A stretch of DNA of 20,000 bases from an uncultured virus (IMG/VR IMGVR_UViG_3300020578_000044) (IMGVR_UViG_3300020578_000044); one strand, 5' to 3'. Shown: positions 1 to 9,545, numbered from the stretch's first letter. Notes: generated from the letters alone by a model not told the origin. Made by a program: numbers and translations.

Positions 1-2747
1 TCTGGTTCTTTTATGATATTCTTATAGTTATCTGTCTCAACAAAATCTTCATATAACTTTTCTGCTATTTTTTTTGAAGTAAGACCAGAATCATCTCTGC
101 CCTCTTGCCAGGTTAGGTTTAACATATTGTGCACTGTATGTTGATTAGTTTTATCATCTTTTATTGCTGTTTCAATAAAACTAAGAGACATATTAACTTT
201 ACCCTCAGCCAAAGCTTTACCCATATCGGGTATGCTTGGATCTGAAGCTAGTTCAATTGATTTAAAGTACTCATAAGGAAGAATTAGCTTCTTTCCTAAA
301 GATGACTGAGTTTGAGATTCCATAATTCTCAAAGATGATTGGAATTTAAAGTGCGATACACCAAACTGAGAAACAACATCACCTATCTCTTCAGATGCTC
401 CATATCTCATTGAAGTTCTGAATTGAGATAAATATGAGTCACTTACACCAGCCTTTGGCTGGGTGCTTAAAGTCTGGAATCTTTCTCTAGCCACACCACC
501 GGTTGCCCTTGACATCATATCGCCAAAAGCCAATTCAGTAGGACCTAAGATAGAGTTAGCCATTCCTAAACCAGACATTGTCTGACCATGAGAAACATAT
601 TGAGCCAATATCTCAGAAGAACTGCGTGCATTCATATTGAATCCCATAGAGAACGTTGGTGTTTTTGAGGGATTCATTAAAGAGCGAATTTGCCCAACAA
701 CACCCCTGATTGTACCAGGTGAATCTCCGCCTATTACCCTGGGATTATCTGCAAAGTTTTCATAAAAATTACCAACATTGTGAATATAAGAATCCACATC
801 TACAGGACTAATATTTGTTGGCATGCCGATTTGATCTATTAGTTCTTGTGCTATTAGAATATTTGAATTTTCTCTTCTTGTTAAACCCAAGCTCATTATT
901 TGTTTTTCAAATGGGTTTATTCTTCTCGTAATCGAAGGAGCTGCCCCTTGTGGGGTTAAATTAATTGTTTTGTCATACTGTGTATCTTGAGCTCCTGTAA
1001 TGACACTTCTTAAATATTCTTTTGCTTGAACCTTATCTAATTCTATTGGGCTTCCTTGTCCAGTGAAAATCTTATACGAACCCTGATCATACTTTATAAA
1101 GCCTTTTTCAATATCTGCACCAAAATCTACACCAAAAGTCTTTTTTGCTTCCTGCGCATCAATCATAATGCTTGTGCTAGCCAGTCCCTCATCTGTTTGT
1201 ATGTATCTAAGAGCTGCTTGAGACAACTGTCGCGGATCAGATATGTTTGCTTCTGGTACAATTGCTGAGGACTTTAGCGCTGTTAATCTCGCCATATCTA
1301 TGATATCTTTAGATATTTTTGCACCGGGCTCTTTTGTCTTCGGATTACGAAAATCTAATTTACCCTGATGTATATACTTCAACATGTAGTCCTGCATAAT
1401 TGTGTCAGTTTCAGCTACGTGAGAACCTTCAAATATTTTTGCAAAAACCTCAGGCGCATGATCTTCGGCAGCTATTAAATCCAATAGATTTGTATTCATG
1501 ATGAAGTTTTCCATAGCGGCATATGTAGCTTTTCCTCCACGAGAAATATCAGCTAAGGTTTCTTCCGCAAAAAAGCTTTTTATAAATCTATCTCCTCTAG
1601 CAATAGCATCATCAGGCGATAAACCTTCAGTTTGCTGAAATAGATTTCTCATATATTGACGACCAATTTCAAGTGTATCTATCATGAAATTGGGATTATT
1701 ATCTACTCTATCTAAAAACTTATTAACTACCAGATTAAGTGAAGCATTCTGCTTGTAGCCCCTCATTGACCTAGCTGTATCGAGCAATGTATTTATGTCA
1801 TACTGAATGTTGTGTCCAGTAAGAAAATCAACTTCAGATTCATCAGAAAGATAACCAAATAATTTTGTCATCCTTTCCATAAACTCATCTTCATTACCAA
1901 TAATATTTCCTAATTTGTCAAACCCTTCTTGCTCAGCTATAAACTGGCTCAAAGTTTGACTATCACTAGCCAGAACACCCGCAAGTCTTGGTGAGTCATA
2001 CATAAAATCCATGCCTTCTTCGGCAACCTTAACCATTTTAGCTGCCTCATCCAAACCAGTTCTCTGTATCAAAGAAACAGATCTAGCCTGAGAGCCAAAC
2101 ATTAGTCCAGTAGATTCAATGTCTATCGTTGCTATTTTTGAAGTTTGAGTAAAAAGACTTCCATTAGCAATAGCAGATATCTGAGACATGTTTCTTTGTA
2201 TCTGCGAGGAAGACATGATGTTTTGCGTATTGAATGTCATGTCAGATATAGACTCAGACATAGGGTCAACGTTAAATATCATTTTATTTAAAACTGAAAA
2301 AACAGGATGTTCCATTTTTTGGTTTATGTCAAACATTAAACCAACTCTTACATCATTAGCACCTTCTGGTAAGGCAATATTGGGGAAGCCAACATTTGAT
2401 ATTAGATCACCCAATTTAACAACCTTAGTTCTATAATTAGATATTAATTCTTGTCTTGCCTGATAATTAAAATAAGATAAATCAATTTTACCCATTTTAC
2501 GAAGATGCTCTACATCTACAACGTTTACCATTCCAGGCTTAAGCTTTTCTGGATCAGACAACATCCTGTAATACATATTCTCAAACTCTTTTTGTGACTG
2601 CATAAACTCATCTGCAGTCCCGTATATGCCTGTTGCTGTTTGATCATTTAAGATCACTTCGCCAATACCTTTGTTTTTCTTAAAAGGAAAGGATTGAGTA
2701 CTTTTGTCGACTAATCTAGATAGTCTTTGAAAAAGCTCTTCTGACAT
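1..2747 (-). CDS. Very large protein (>915 aa, runs off left edge) containing a DEDDh/DnaQ-like 3'-5' exonuclease domain
   Basis: Not in the ORF track, presumably because no stop occurs in the window. ATG at 2747 overlaps the upstream TAA (TAATG). Hand translation gives MSEELFQRLSRLVDK..., ExoI-like TIDIESTGL (~2103-2129), ExoII-like GHNIQYD (~1737-1757), MIDTL, and ExoIII-like SHVAETD (~1404-1424). The frame is still open at positions 3-60. Confidence 0.8.
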   Translation of the reverse strand, partial: MSEELFQRLSRLVDKSTQSFPFKKNKGIGEVILNDQTATGIYGTADEFMQSQKEFENMYYRMLSDPEKLKPGMVNVVDVEHLRKMGKIDLSYFNYQARQELISNYRTKVVKLGDLISNVGFPNIALPEGANDVRVGLMFDINQKMEHPVFSVLNKMIFNVDPMSESISDMTFNTQNIMSSSQIQRNMSQISAIANGSLFTQTSKIATIDIESTGLMFGSQARSVSLIQRTGLDEAAKMVKVAEEGMDFMYDSPRLAGVLASDSQTLSQFIAEQEGFDKLGNIIGNEDEFMERMTKLFGYLSDESEVDFLTGHNIQYDINTLLDTARSMRGYKQNASLNLVVNKFLDRVDNNPNFMIDTLEIGRQYMRNLFQQTEGLSPDDAIARGDRFIKSFFAEETLADISRGGKATYAAMENFIMNTNLLDLIAAEDHAPEVFAKIFEGSHVAETDTIMQDYMLKYIHQGKLDFRNPKTKEPGAKISKDIIDMARLTALKSSAIVPEANISDPRQLSQAALRYIQTDEGLASTSIMIDAQEAKKTFGVDFGADIEKGFIKYDQGSYKIFTGQGSPIELDKVQAKEYLRSVITGAQDTQYDKTINLTPQGAAPSITRRINPFEKQIMSLGLTRRENSNILIAQELIDQIGMPTNISPVDVDSYIHNVGNFYENFADNPRVIGGDSPGTIRGVVGQIRSLMNPSKTPTFSMGFNMNARSSSEILAQYVSHGQTMSGLGMANSILGPTELAFGDMMSRATGGVARERFQTLSTQPKAGVSDSYLSQFRTSMRYGASEEIGDVVSQFGVSHFKFQSSLRIMESQTQSSLGKKLILPYEYFKSIELASDPSIPDMGKALAEGKVNMSLSFIETAIKDDKTNQHTVHNMLNLTWQEGRDDSGLTSKKIAEKLYEDFVETDNYKNIIKEP

Positions 2748-3463
2748 TAGTCGATGTCCTTTGGTGAATCTATTTCAATATAATCATCTTTATCATAAAT
2801 GCCCAGTTTTTGTTTAAGAACTTTTTCTCTTTGATTCTCTAAAGACTGAACTTTATAAAGTATATCTGATATAGCTTGAGCGCTATCAAGCTGAGCTTGT
2901 CCAACCTTAGCTTTAGCTTCTCTTGTGGCAAGCAGTTGATTTCTTAGATCTTTTCTACGCTTATGTAATCTGTCTTCCAGTTCTACTGCAAGGTGTAGCT
3001 CTTTTTTAAGGATTGGCTGGCCATCACTATCAACGCCAATAATATTTTCTTGCACAAAATGTTCTTTAGCAAGAAGTTTTGTTTTGCGAATATATTGAAC
3101 CTCTTGATCAACAAGATCTCTAACCATAGAAACTTCAACCAAATTGTCTGGATGAACATCTAGCTGTTCCATGTATTCCTTGGTAAATTGTGCAACTATA
3201 GACATTTCTATAGGACAGGGCTTTCCGCGTGGTGCTAGATTTTCCTTGAGGAGTGGACATGTGTCTGCAAAAGTGCATTTATGCGCCTCACAATTCATAG
3301 GAATAGAAGAAAACATGGATGTTCTAGTTTTCTGAGGCCGGACTAATTCAACAGCCTTTTCTTTTTCTTCATCTGTCCAATTGTCAGGAAAAAACAAATC
3401 TGGACGCAGGGATTCAAAATCTTGTAAAAATTTTCCCTTGTCACTCTTTTCTATGTTGCTCAT
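2747..3463 (-). CDS. Hypothetical protein, 238 aa, with Cys cluster (CEAHKCTFADTCP...CP) and C-terminal coiled coil
   Basis: Long ORF in a tight minus-strand operon, translationally coupled to the downstream gene. Confidence 0.85.
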   Translation of the reverse strand: MSNIEKSDKGKFLQDFESLRPDLFFPDNWTDEEKEKAVELVRPQKTRTSMFSSIPMNCEAHKCTFADTCPLLKENLAPRGKPCPIEMSIVAQFTKEYMEQLDVHPDNLVEVSMVRDLVDQEVQYIRKTKLLAKEHFVQENIIGVDSDGQPILKKELHLAVELEDRLHKRRKDLRNQLLATREAKAKVGQAQLDSAQAISDILYKVQSLENQREKVLKQKLGIYDKDDYIEIDSPKDID

Positions 3464-3626
3464 TTAAATCAATCCACTCGCTATCATAGGAGCCATCAGA
3501 ATGAAATCTTTCTATTGTAGCACTTTTGCAGTAAGAACAATACATGTCTCTTGTTAAATATCTTTTTGAGAAATCAAAATATTCAGTTATAACTTGAACC
3601 ATGCCGTTACATCTGGGACAATTCAT
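3441..3626 (-). CDS. Small Zn-ribbon protein (CPRC...CSYC)
   Basis: Two CxxC motifs; fills the gap between co-oriented overlapping neighbours. Confidence 0.75.
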   Translation of the reverse strand: MNCPRCNGMVQVITEYFDFSKRYLTRDMYCSYCKSATIERFHSDGSYDSEWIDLNEQHRKE

Positions 3627-4029
3627 CTAGAGCTTTCATTAAACCCTTCTGTAGTTTACTGGCTACTTCTGCATTTTGAATTGCATTATAGAAAATGCCA
3701 ACTTCTCTAATTTCATCAGAGGTTAGATAAGGCGATATCCTGTATCTGGATCCCTTACATATTTCGCAATAAAAATCTTTTTCCTCATTAAAACAAGTGC
3801 ACTTTTCAATTAAATCAAAAAACTCTAATGAATCAGCTATTTCAAACCATTTTGACTTAAACAATTTTTTTGTCTGCTCTTTAAATGCTCTAAGCTTTTG
3901 CGGATCATTAGATAATAATGTTCCCATATCTAAAGACTGTTTCATCAAATCATTTATTGTCTTATACAAAAAATTTGCTAACTGAAAATCACCATTAACA
4001 TCTGTAAACTTCTTCCAATCATTCATCAT
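3607..4029 (-). CDS. Hypothetical protein, 140 aa, with CTC...CEIC putative Zn site
   Basis: ORF in operon; AGGA SD-like sequence just upstream (plus-strand tcct ~4033-4036). Confidence 0.8.
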   Translation of the reverse strand: MMNDWKKFTDVNGDFQLANFLYKTINDLMKQSLDMGTLLSNDPQKLRAFKEQTKKLFKSKWFEIADSLEFFDLIEKCTCFNEEKDFYCEICKGSRYRISPYLTSDEIREVGIFYNAIQNAEVASKLQKGLMKALDELSQM

Positions 4030-4048
4030 AATTCCTAACTATTATTTT

Positions 4049-4510
4049 TTAATATCTATACATTGACTGTCTTCCAGAGGAAGCGCCTTCTCCTCTTCTG
4101 TTCATTGCTACTCCAGCTGCAACACCAAGGCCAAGACCTATGCCCAAAAGACTTCTTTTACTCATTTTCATCCCCTTAGTAGTAACCGGGGGAACCGAGG
4201 GACCGTGCATCATTCCCGTGTCAACGCCACCTAATTTTGCAGCTGCCTGTCTCATTGATGACTGCCTTGCTCTTGCTGCATCAATTCCAGCCATTCTCTT
4301 TGGTGTCATAACTGTTCTTTTTGCATCTCTTGCTGACCCCGGTGCATTCGCTGGATTAAAACCTGGCAAAAAGGGTTGTCGCGGTCTTGATGGGCCCATG
4401 GTTACTGGAACTGGCCTTCTTGCTCGTGCATTTCTTGCAGCGGCGGAATGTGGCCCGACCATTGGCCCTCTCGTGGGTGTTTCAAATCCTGGTAATTGCA
4501 TTTGTGGCAT
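4049..4510 (-). CDS. Basic Pro/Gly/Arg-rich low-complexity protein with C-terminal Gly/Ala hydrophobic segment; possible virion-internal protein
   Basis: Co-oriented with neighbours. Internal repeats (LPGFxxP twice, MxGP/MGPS three times). Tail LLGIGLGLGVAAGVAMNRRGEG. Function is inference. Confidence 0.75.
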   Translation of the reverse strand: MPQMQLPGFETPTRGPMVGPHSAAARNARARRPVPVTMGPSRPRQPFLPGFNPANAPGSARDAKRTVMTPKRMAGIDAARARQSSMRQAAAKLGGVDTGMMHGPSVPPVTTKGMKMSKRSLLGIGLGLGVAAGVAMNRRGEGASSGRQSMYRY

Positions 4511-4526
4511 GTCTATCGTTTTTCCT

Positions 4527-5936
4527 CTACTCTATATTTGCTTTTCTTTTTGTTGGCTTTTGAAAATCAAAAGTAAAACTATTATTAAGATAGTCAATAT
4601 AAAATATAGTACCCTTTGGTATGCTGCTATTAACAATAGTTTTAGCAAGTGGTGTTTCTATAACATCACGTCTCACCTGAGAGATGCCTCGTGCGCCTTT
4701 AACTGTATCTATCCCTTTATCTATCAGGGCATTTATAACATTGTCAGTGTAAGCAATTGATAGCCCTTTTCTGGAAAGCTTGTCAGCTATAAGGCTCATT
4801 TCCATTTCTGCTATTTTTTGACAGTTTTCATAATTCAAATGATTAAATATAACAATTTTGTCTAATCGGTTAATTAGTTCTACTTTAAAATATTTATTAA
4901 TAGCCTCGTGAGCGTTTCTTTGTACAACAGATCTTGGTGGTACTTCTTTTGTTTCTCTTTTAAAAACAACATTTCTTGTGAAGCCAGCACCAGTAGAAAT
5001 TATATGATCAACTGTTTTATCGTTTCCTAGATTGGTCGTTAATATAATAATACAATTTCTGAAGTTAACGCTTTCACCTTTAGAATCTGTAACCATACCT
5101 TCATCAAATATTCTTAAGAAGGTGTTCCATATGTCAGCATGTGCTTTTTCGACTTCATCAATCAGCACAACGGTATTTGGATTTTTCTTGATTTGGTTAG
5201 TTAATTGACCCCCATCATCATGACCTATGTAGCCCGGTGGTGAACCTAAAAGCTTTTGATTTTCATGTTTATGTTGATATTCTCCGCAGTCTATTCTAAC
5301 CATGGAGGAATTGCTGTCAAAAAGATATTTGTGCAGTGCATTAGCTAAATGGGTCTTTCCGACACCAGAACTTCCCGCAAACAAAAAGACACCCAAAGGT
5401 CTATTAGGATCATTTAGTTCAGCTTGAGATCTGAACAGCGCAGAAATAACCTCATCAATTGCTTCATCTTGACCTATGACATTACTTTTAAGATATTGCT
5501 CTAATCCTAAAAACTTTTGCTTGTTAAGTTTTTTTATCTTAGAGGGCGCAGAACTATTTTTACTTTTATTTTCAGCTTGACGTAAAAATTTCTTAATTTG
5601 ATCAATATTATAATCTTTTCCAATACCATCAGAAAATTTAGCTGGATTTGTTGAGTATGCGATATTTAACCAGTAATCAATATCCAGGCCAGGATTTAAC
5701 ATAATACAGCCGGCATAAACTGCCTCTAGCGCTCTTTCTGCTGCGTCCCTAGACATCGACGCTAAAGCAGCGGCAACATCTGTTGTTAAATTATAAACAA
5801 TAAATTGTAATATTCTTTTTCTTAAGTCTTTTGCGGCTTTATTCTTCTTAACAAAGTCTTCTAAATCTTTTACTGGCAAAACTTTAAACTTAACATTAGT
5901 GCCTAGCTCAGGTATGAATATCTGATATATGTTCAT
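4527..5936 (-). CDS. ClpA/ClpB-family AAA+ ATPase with only the second (D2) ATPase module plus a novel N-terminal domain
   Basis: VIGQDEAI, RPLGVFLFAGSSGVGKT (Walker A), GSPPGYIGHDDGGQLT (pore loop), VVLIDEVEKAH (Walker B), ELINRLD and GARG motifs typical of the ClpB/ClpC D2 domain. Confidence 0.92.
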   Translation of the reverse strand: MNIYQIFIPELGTNVKFKVLPVKDLEDFVKKNKAAKDLRKRILQFIVYNLTTDVAAALASMSRDAAERALEAVYAGCIMLNPGLDIDYWLNIAYSTNPAKFSDGIGKDYNIDQIKKFLRQAENKSKNSSAPSKIKKLNKQKFLGLEQYLKSNVIGQDEAIDEVISALFRSQAELNDPNRPLGVFLFAGSSGVGKTHLANALHKYLFDSNSSMVRIDCGEYQHKHENQKLLGSPPGYIGHDDGGQLTNQIKKNPNTVVLIDEVEKAHADIWNTFLRIFDEGMVTDSKGESVNFRNCIIILTTNLGNDKTVDHIISTGAGFTRNVVFKRETKEVPPRSVVQRNAHEAINKYFKVELINRLDKIVIFNHLNYENCQKIAEMEMSLIADKLSRKGLSIAYTDNVINALIDKGIDTVKGARGISQVRRDVIETPLAKTIVNSSIPKGTIFYIDYLNNSFTFDFQKPTKRKANIE

Positions 5937-5965
5937 CGGCTATCTCTTTCGTGGGCACGTTCTCT

Positions 5966-6061
5966 TATATAGAGTATATTATTATATGTTACCATATAAG
6001 TATATAGGTATATAGTAACTATATATGTATATAGTAAAGGGGGGAAGGGGGGAAGGGGGGG
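5966..6061. other. AT-rich TATATAG-type repeats followed by G6-AA-G6-AA-G7 tract
   Basis: Seen directly: G runs at 6039-6044, 6047-6052 and 6055-6061, preceded by ~70 nt of TA-rich repeats. Confidence 0.6.
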
Positions 6062-6117
6062 TCATGGCTAGCTTATCATACTGTGTCAAGTCAAGCCAAC
6101 ACATAGTGACAATATAG

Positions 6118-6279
6118 TCAATCTTTTTTTGATGAATAATCCTCTATCCACGGATGATCCTCTAGGCACGGCCCGGAAAAAGCCCAGTACCTAATAAGAT
6201 CTACCGGTGTGTTAAAGCGGTTGTTTAGAAGATACAATGCTAAATGCAACTGCTCGTTAACTTTAATTTTTTTTTGCAT
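6118..6279 (-). CDS. Small hypothetical protein, 53 aa (MQKKIKVNEQLHLALYLLNNRFNTPVDLIRYWAFSGPCLEDHPWIEDYSSKKD)
   Basis: Hand-translated; below the ORF track cutoff. AGGAG SD 4 nt upstream of ATG and an extended -10 further upstream. Confidence 0.7.
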   Translation of the reverse strand: MQKKIKVNEQLHLALYLLNNRFNTPVDLIRYWAFSGPCLEDHPWIEDYSSKKD

Positions 6280-6315
6280 AACGCTCCTAATTTGTAATAT
6301 AAAAACTATTGTAAT

Positions 6316-6374
6316 ATTATATCATTAGTCCTGCACATTGAGTCGGAGACATCTGTGTTTTTTTGTGATATAAT
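6316..6374. promoter_or_regulatory. Divergent pair of sigmaA-type extended -10 promoters (TGATATAAT on each strand)
   Basis: TGATATAAT on + at 6366-6374 upstream of recA, with GAGACA 17 nt upstream of the hexamer. The same sequence is on - at 6316-6324 upstream of the 53-aa gene. Confidence 0.6.
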
Positions 6375-6409
6375 CTATACATCATTAAGATGAAGATCGG
6401 TAGGATTTA

Positions 6410-7429
6410 ATGACAGAAGAGACAGTAGTGGCGGAAAATGAAAACGCATTGGCAAGTAAAAAAGTTTTGAAAGAGGATTCAAAAGCTTTAGAGCTTGCAA
6501 TCGCACAACTGCAGAAGCAGTATGGTTCAGGGGCAGTTATTAAACTTGGTTCCACTAATGTAAAACCTTGGGCTTCAATTCCCACTGGAGCCTTAACCCT
6601 TGACCATGCTCTTGGTATTGGTGGGTTACCACGTGGTAGAGTCGTAGAAATATTTGGTCCAGAGTCTTCAGGTAAGTCTACCATTGCTCTTACTGCTGTG
6701 GCCAAAGCTCAAAAAATAGGCCTTACATGCGCCTATATCGATGCTGAGCACGCTCTTGACCCAGTGTATATGCAGGCCGTTGGAATCGATTTGGACAACC
6801 TCTTGCTAGCTCAACCAGACTATGGCGAGCAAGGTTTTGATATTGCCGATACATTGCTGCGTACAGGTGATATTGGCCTGATTGTCATTGATTCTGTTGC
6901 GGCACTTGTTCCTAAGGCTGAGCTTGAAGGGGAAATGGAGCAACAACAGATGGGCTTACAGGCACGCATGATGGCAAAAGCTATGCGAAAGCTAACGGGA
7001 TTAGCTGCTCAGCATAATACTTTAATTATTTTTGTTAATCAACTAAGAAATAAGATTGGTGTAATGTTTGGTAATCCAGAAACAACGCCTGGGGGCTTCG
7101 CTTTAAAGTATGCAGCCTCTGTTCGAATTGATGTGCGCAAGAAAGAAGATTTGAAGGACAAGCATGGTGATCCGACTGGTATTAGAGTCAAAGCTAAAAT
7201 CATCAAGAATAAAATGGCTCCGCCGATGAAGATAGTGGAATTTGATATTATGTATGCTCGGGGCATCGATGAGTTTGGTTGCATCTTCGATCTTGCAATT
7301 AATAAAGGAATTCTTAATCAAAAGGGCCCATGGGTTTACTATAATGGAGAAAACTTTTCTCAAGGGCGAGATAATGCTATTGAAAAATTAAAAAGTTCTC
7401 CAGAAATAGTGAGTATAATAAAAGGCTAA
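6410..7429 (+). CDS. recA: Recombinase RecA (bacterial type, no acidic C-terminal tail)
   Basis: GGLPRGRVVEIFGPESSGKST (Walker A), AYIDAEHALDP, IVIDSVAALVPKAELEGEM, NQLRNKIGVMFGNPETTPGG, KNKMAPP. Confidence 0.98.
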   Translation: MTEETVVAENENALASKKVLKEDSKALELAIAQLQKQYGSGAVIKLGSTNVKPWASIPTGALTLDHALGIGGLPRGRVVEIFGPESSGKSTIALTAVAKAQKIGLTCAYIDAEHALDPVYMQAVGIDLDNLLLAQPDYGEQGFDIADTLLRTGDIGLIVIDSVAALVPKAELEGEMEQQQMGLQARMMAKAMRKLTGLAAQHNTLIIFVNQLRNKIGVMFGNPETTPGGFALKYAASVRIDVRKKEDLKDKHGDPTGIRVKAKIIKNKMAPPMKIVEFDIMYARGIDEFGCIFDLAINKGILNQKGPWVYYNGENFSQGRDNAIEKLKSSPEIVSIIKG

Positions 7430-7431
7430 CA

Positions 7432-7584
7432 ATGAAGTTTGAACCAACAACTTGCCCGGAATGCTCTTATCCACCTAGATTTATTGTTACCATGGGAAAT
7501 GACAACGGTCAAAAAATTTTTTTTATAAAATGCAGAGATTGTGGTGATTGCTGGGAGGAAGCTGATGACTCAGATGATAAATGA
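7432..7584 (+). CDS. Small Zn-ribbon protein, 50 aa (MKFEPTTCPECSYPPRFIVTMGNDNGQKIFFIKCRDCGDCWEEADDSDDK)
   Basis: Hand-translated; starts 2 nt after the recA stop; CxxC...CxxC. Confidence 0.75.
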   Translation: MKFEPTTCPECSYPPRFIVTMGNDNGQKIFFIKCRDCGDCWEEADDSDDK

Positions 7585-7693
7585 GGCTACCTTACAGATT
7601 GCAACGTATATGAGAGTTTTTTTGTTGTTTGATGCTGTTCGTGATATTATCGATTAATTTTAGGTACTATATTCCGTAACTAAGGGTGGTGTT

Positions 7694-7984
7694 ATGGATT
7701 TTGTTCGAAGGATACTAGATTTATTTAAAAATAAAGTTAACGTTAATTCTTCAGAGTTTTATTCGTTTGCACATTTTTTTGAGAAGGATGAATCTGAATA
7801 CGTTATTACTGTCCATAGTGAACCTAATGGTTATTTGATCTTTTGTGTCTTCTCTTATGATGAGTGGACTATGGTTGTTGATATTTGTGAGTTGACGAGC
7901 CGTAATGCTTGCGATGTTGTTCGTGAACTTGCTGATGATAATGCTGTGATGAACATTGTTGTTGATCCTCGGGATATGAGCTAG
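7694..7984 (+). CDS. Hypothetical protein, 96 aa
   Basis: ORF with AAGGGTGG SD-like sequence; coupled to the next gene. Confidence 0.8.
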   Translation: MDFVRRILDLFKNKVNVNSSEFYSFAHFFEKDESEYVITVHSEPNGYLIFCVFSYDEWTMVVDICELTSRNACDVVRELADDNAVMNIVVDPRDMS

Positions 7985-7986
7985 TT

Positions 7987-9447
7987 ATGGCTACGAATCC
8001 TAAGTTGGATGAGCTGAATAAGCTTGGTTTACAGTATTTTGATAACTGGAAAGACTATGCTGCTGCTACGGCTAACGCTTCTCCTGGTCAGGTTATTGGT
8101 GGTATAAATAAAAAGGGTAAGCTTGTTTTTTATCAGGGTGGTATTGGTGAGATAAACATTAAACAGGCTAAAGTTGAGTTGACTTCTTTAAGAAATGCCA
8201 ATGCTCCTTCACAAGCGCCTGTTGCTGCTGTTTCTCAAACTGTGGCTTCTCAGCCTGCTAATACTCCTGTGTTGCAGGGTACAATTACTCAAACGCAGCC
8301 TTCTAGTAGTGCTGCTGCTGCTGGTGTTCAACAAAATGTTATTGATCCTCAACAGGTGAATCCGTCGACTAAAACAATCGATGATGCTTTAAAAAATCCG
8401 AAAAGTAAAAGTACAAAAAAGGACACTACTTTAAAAACTGGTAAAAGGACGTCTGCTTCTATTGATCGTAGTGCAGCTATCATCAAGCTTGCCAATAATC
8501 CTGATGCTGAACAGGAAATGATGAGTATCATTTCTCGATCTGTTGGAATGAGAAAAGGTGCATCTGGCTATAGTAAGATAGTCAAATCTGCTAAAGGTAC
8601 TTTAGGTAAGCCTAGTCCTGGTCCAAAGTCTAAACAAGGATATATTGATGCTGTAACTAATAGGGATTTCTTTATAGAAGAAGGAAGAGATAATACGAGC
8701 TCTTTGTTGCGTGCAAGGATTCAAGAAGAGAATCCTAACATAAGTAAAACAAAGTTAAGAAGTTTGGTAGCAAAAAAAATGTCAACTTACAGCGATGAAG
8801 CTCTTTTCAATATTGGCGAAGAGATGAACAGAGACTTAATACGGAATTATTACGTAGACACATATGCATATGAGGAATTTGAACGTTTGGCTTCAATGAC
8901 TTCAGAACAACGTTTACAAGTTTTTCAAGGTCAAAGAAGCAGGAACGTTGGTGGAAAAAGAGTTCCTATCAACAATATCTCTGATAGACAGGTTTTAGAT
9001 TTATCCGCAACATATTTGAAACAATACGAAAGATTAGAGCTTGGTGACAGCAGAATCGTCGGCAAACTAGCAAAAGCCGGAGAAAAATTACGAGGAGGTA
9101 TCGCTATGGGTGATATAAGCTATCATCCAGGATACTCTGCCATAGAATCATCGTTAGATGAAGCCTACATGCGCAGAATGGCTAATAAAGCTGCTGGCGT
9201 AGCCAGCGCAGCTGCAGACGACTCCGCTATGGTTGCCGCACAAATCTCTTCAGCGTTATCATCATCTGGGAACATGCTAGAAGACTCTGCCCAAGCCATC
9301 AACAAAGTCACTAGAAAAAAAGCTATCTCAGCGAAAACACTAGAAAAAATCATATCCTCACACAGCCTATCAGCTGGACTAGCAGCCGGAGGAGCAGCTC
9401 TACTATACGGACTCAATAAAAAACGAGGAGAAGAACAAGTAGGATAA
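7987..9447 (+). CDS. Hypothetical protein, 486 aa, Ala/Ser/Lys-rich with C-terminal Gly/Ala hydrophobic tail; possible virion/ejection protein
   Basis: Long ORF; tail LSAGLAAGGAALLYGLNKKRGEEQVG. Function is inference. Confidence 0.85.
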   Translation: MATNPKLDELNKLGLQYFDNWKDYAAATANASPGQVIGGINKKGKLVFYQGGIGEINIKQAKVELTSLRNANAPSQAPVAAVSQTVASQPANTPVLQGTITQTQPSSSAAAAGVQQNVIDPQQVNPSTKTIDDALKNPKSKSTKKDTTLKTGKRTSASIDRSAAIIKLANNPDAEQEMMSIISRSVGMRKGASGYSKIVKSAKGTLGKPSPGPKSKQGYIDAVTNRDFFIEEGRDNTSSLLRARIQEENPNISKTKLRSLVAKKMSTYSDEALFNIGEEMNRDLIRNYYVDTYAYEEFERLASMTSEQRLQVFQGQRSRNVGGKRVPINNISDRQVLDLSATYLKQYERLELGDSRIVGKLAKAGEKLRGGIAMGDISYHPGYSAIESSLDEAYMRRMANKAAGVASAAADDSAMVAAQISSALSSSGNMLEDSAQAINKVTRKKAISAKTLEKIISSHSLSAGLAAGGAALLYGLNKKRGEEQVG

Positions 9448-9477
9448 AATATAGTCATTCGCCGGTAAAAAATTTTT

Positions 9478-9520
9478 AAGGGGTAGGAGTAACAGTAACG
9501 TTGCTCCTACCCCTTTTGTT
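9478..9520. terminator. Intrinsic terminator between convergent genes
   Basis: 16-bp stem AAGGGGTAGGAGTAAC (9478-9493) / GTTGCTCCTACCCCTT (9500-9515) followed by a T-rich tract. Confidence 0.8.
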
Positions 9521-9545
9521 GTATTTAGAAACAGTAAAGAAAAAC

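Noticed and set aside
1056..4760. Plus-strand ORFs 1056-1268, 2188-2436, 3797-3985, 4140-4760
   Set aside because: Antisense to well-supported minus-strand operon genes.
7432..7584. TFIIS/RPB9-like transcript cleavage factor
   Set aside because: Zn-ribbon spacing is similar but the acidic QxRSADE hairpin is absent.
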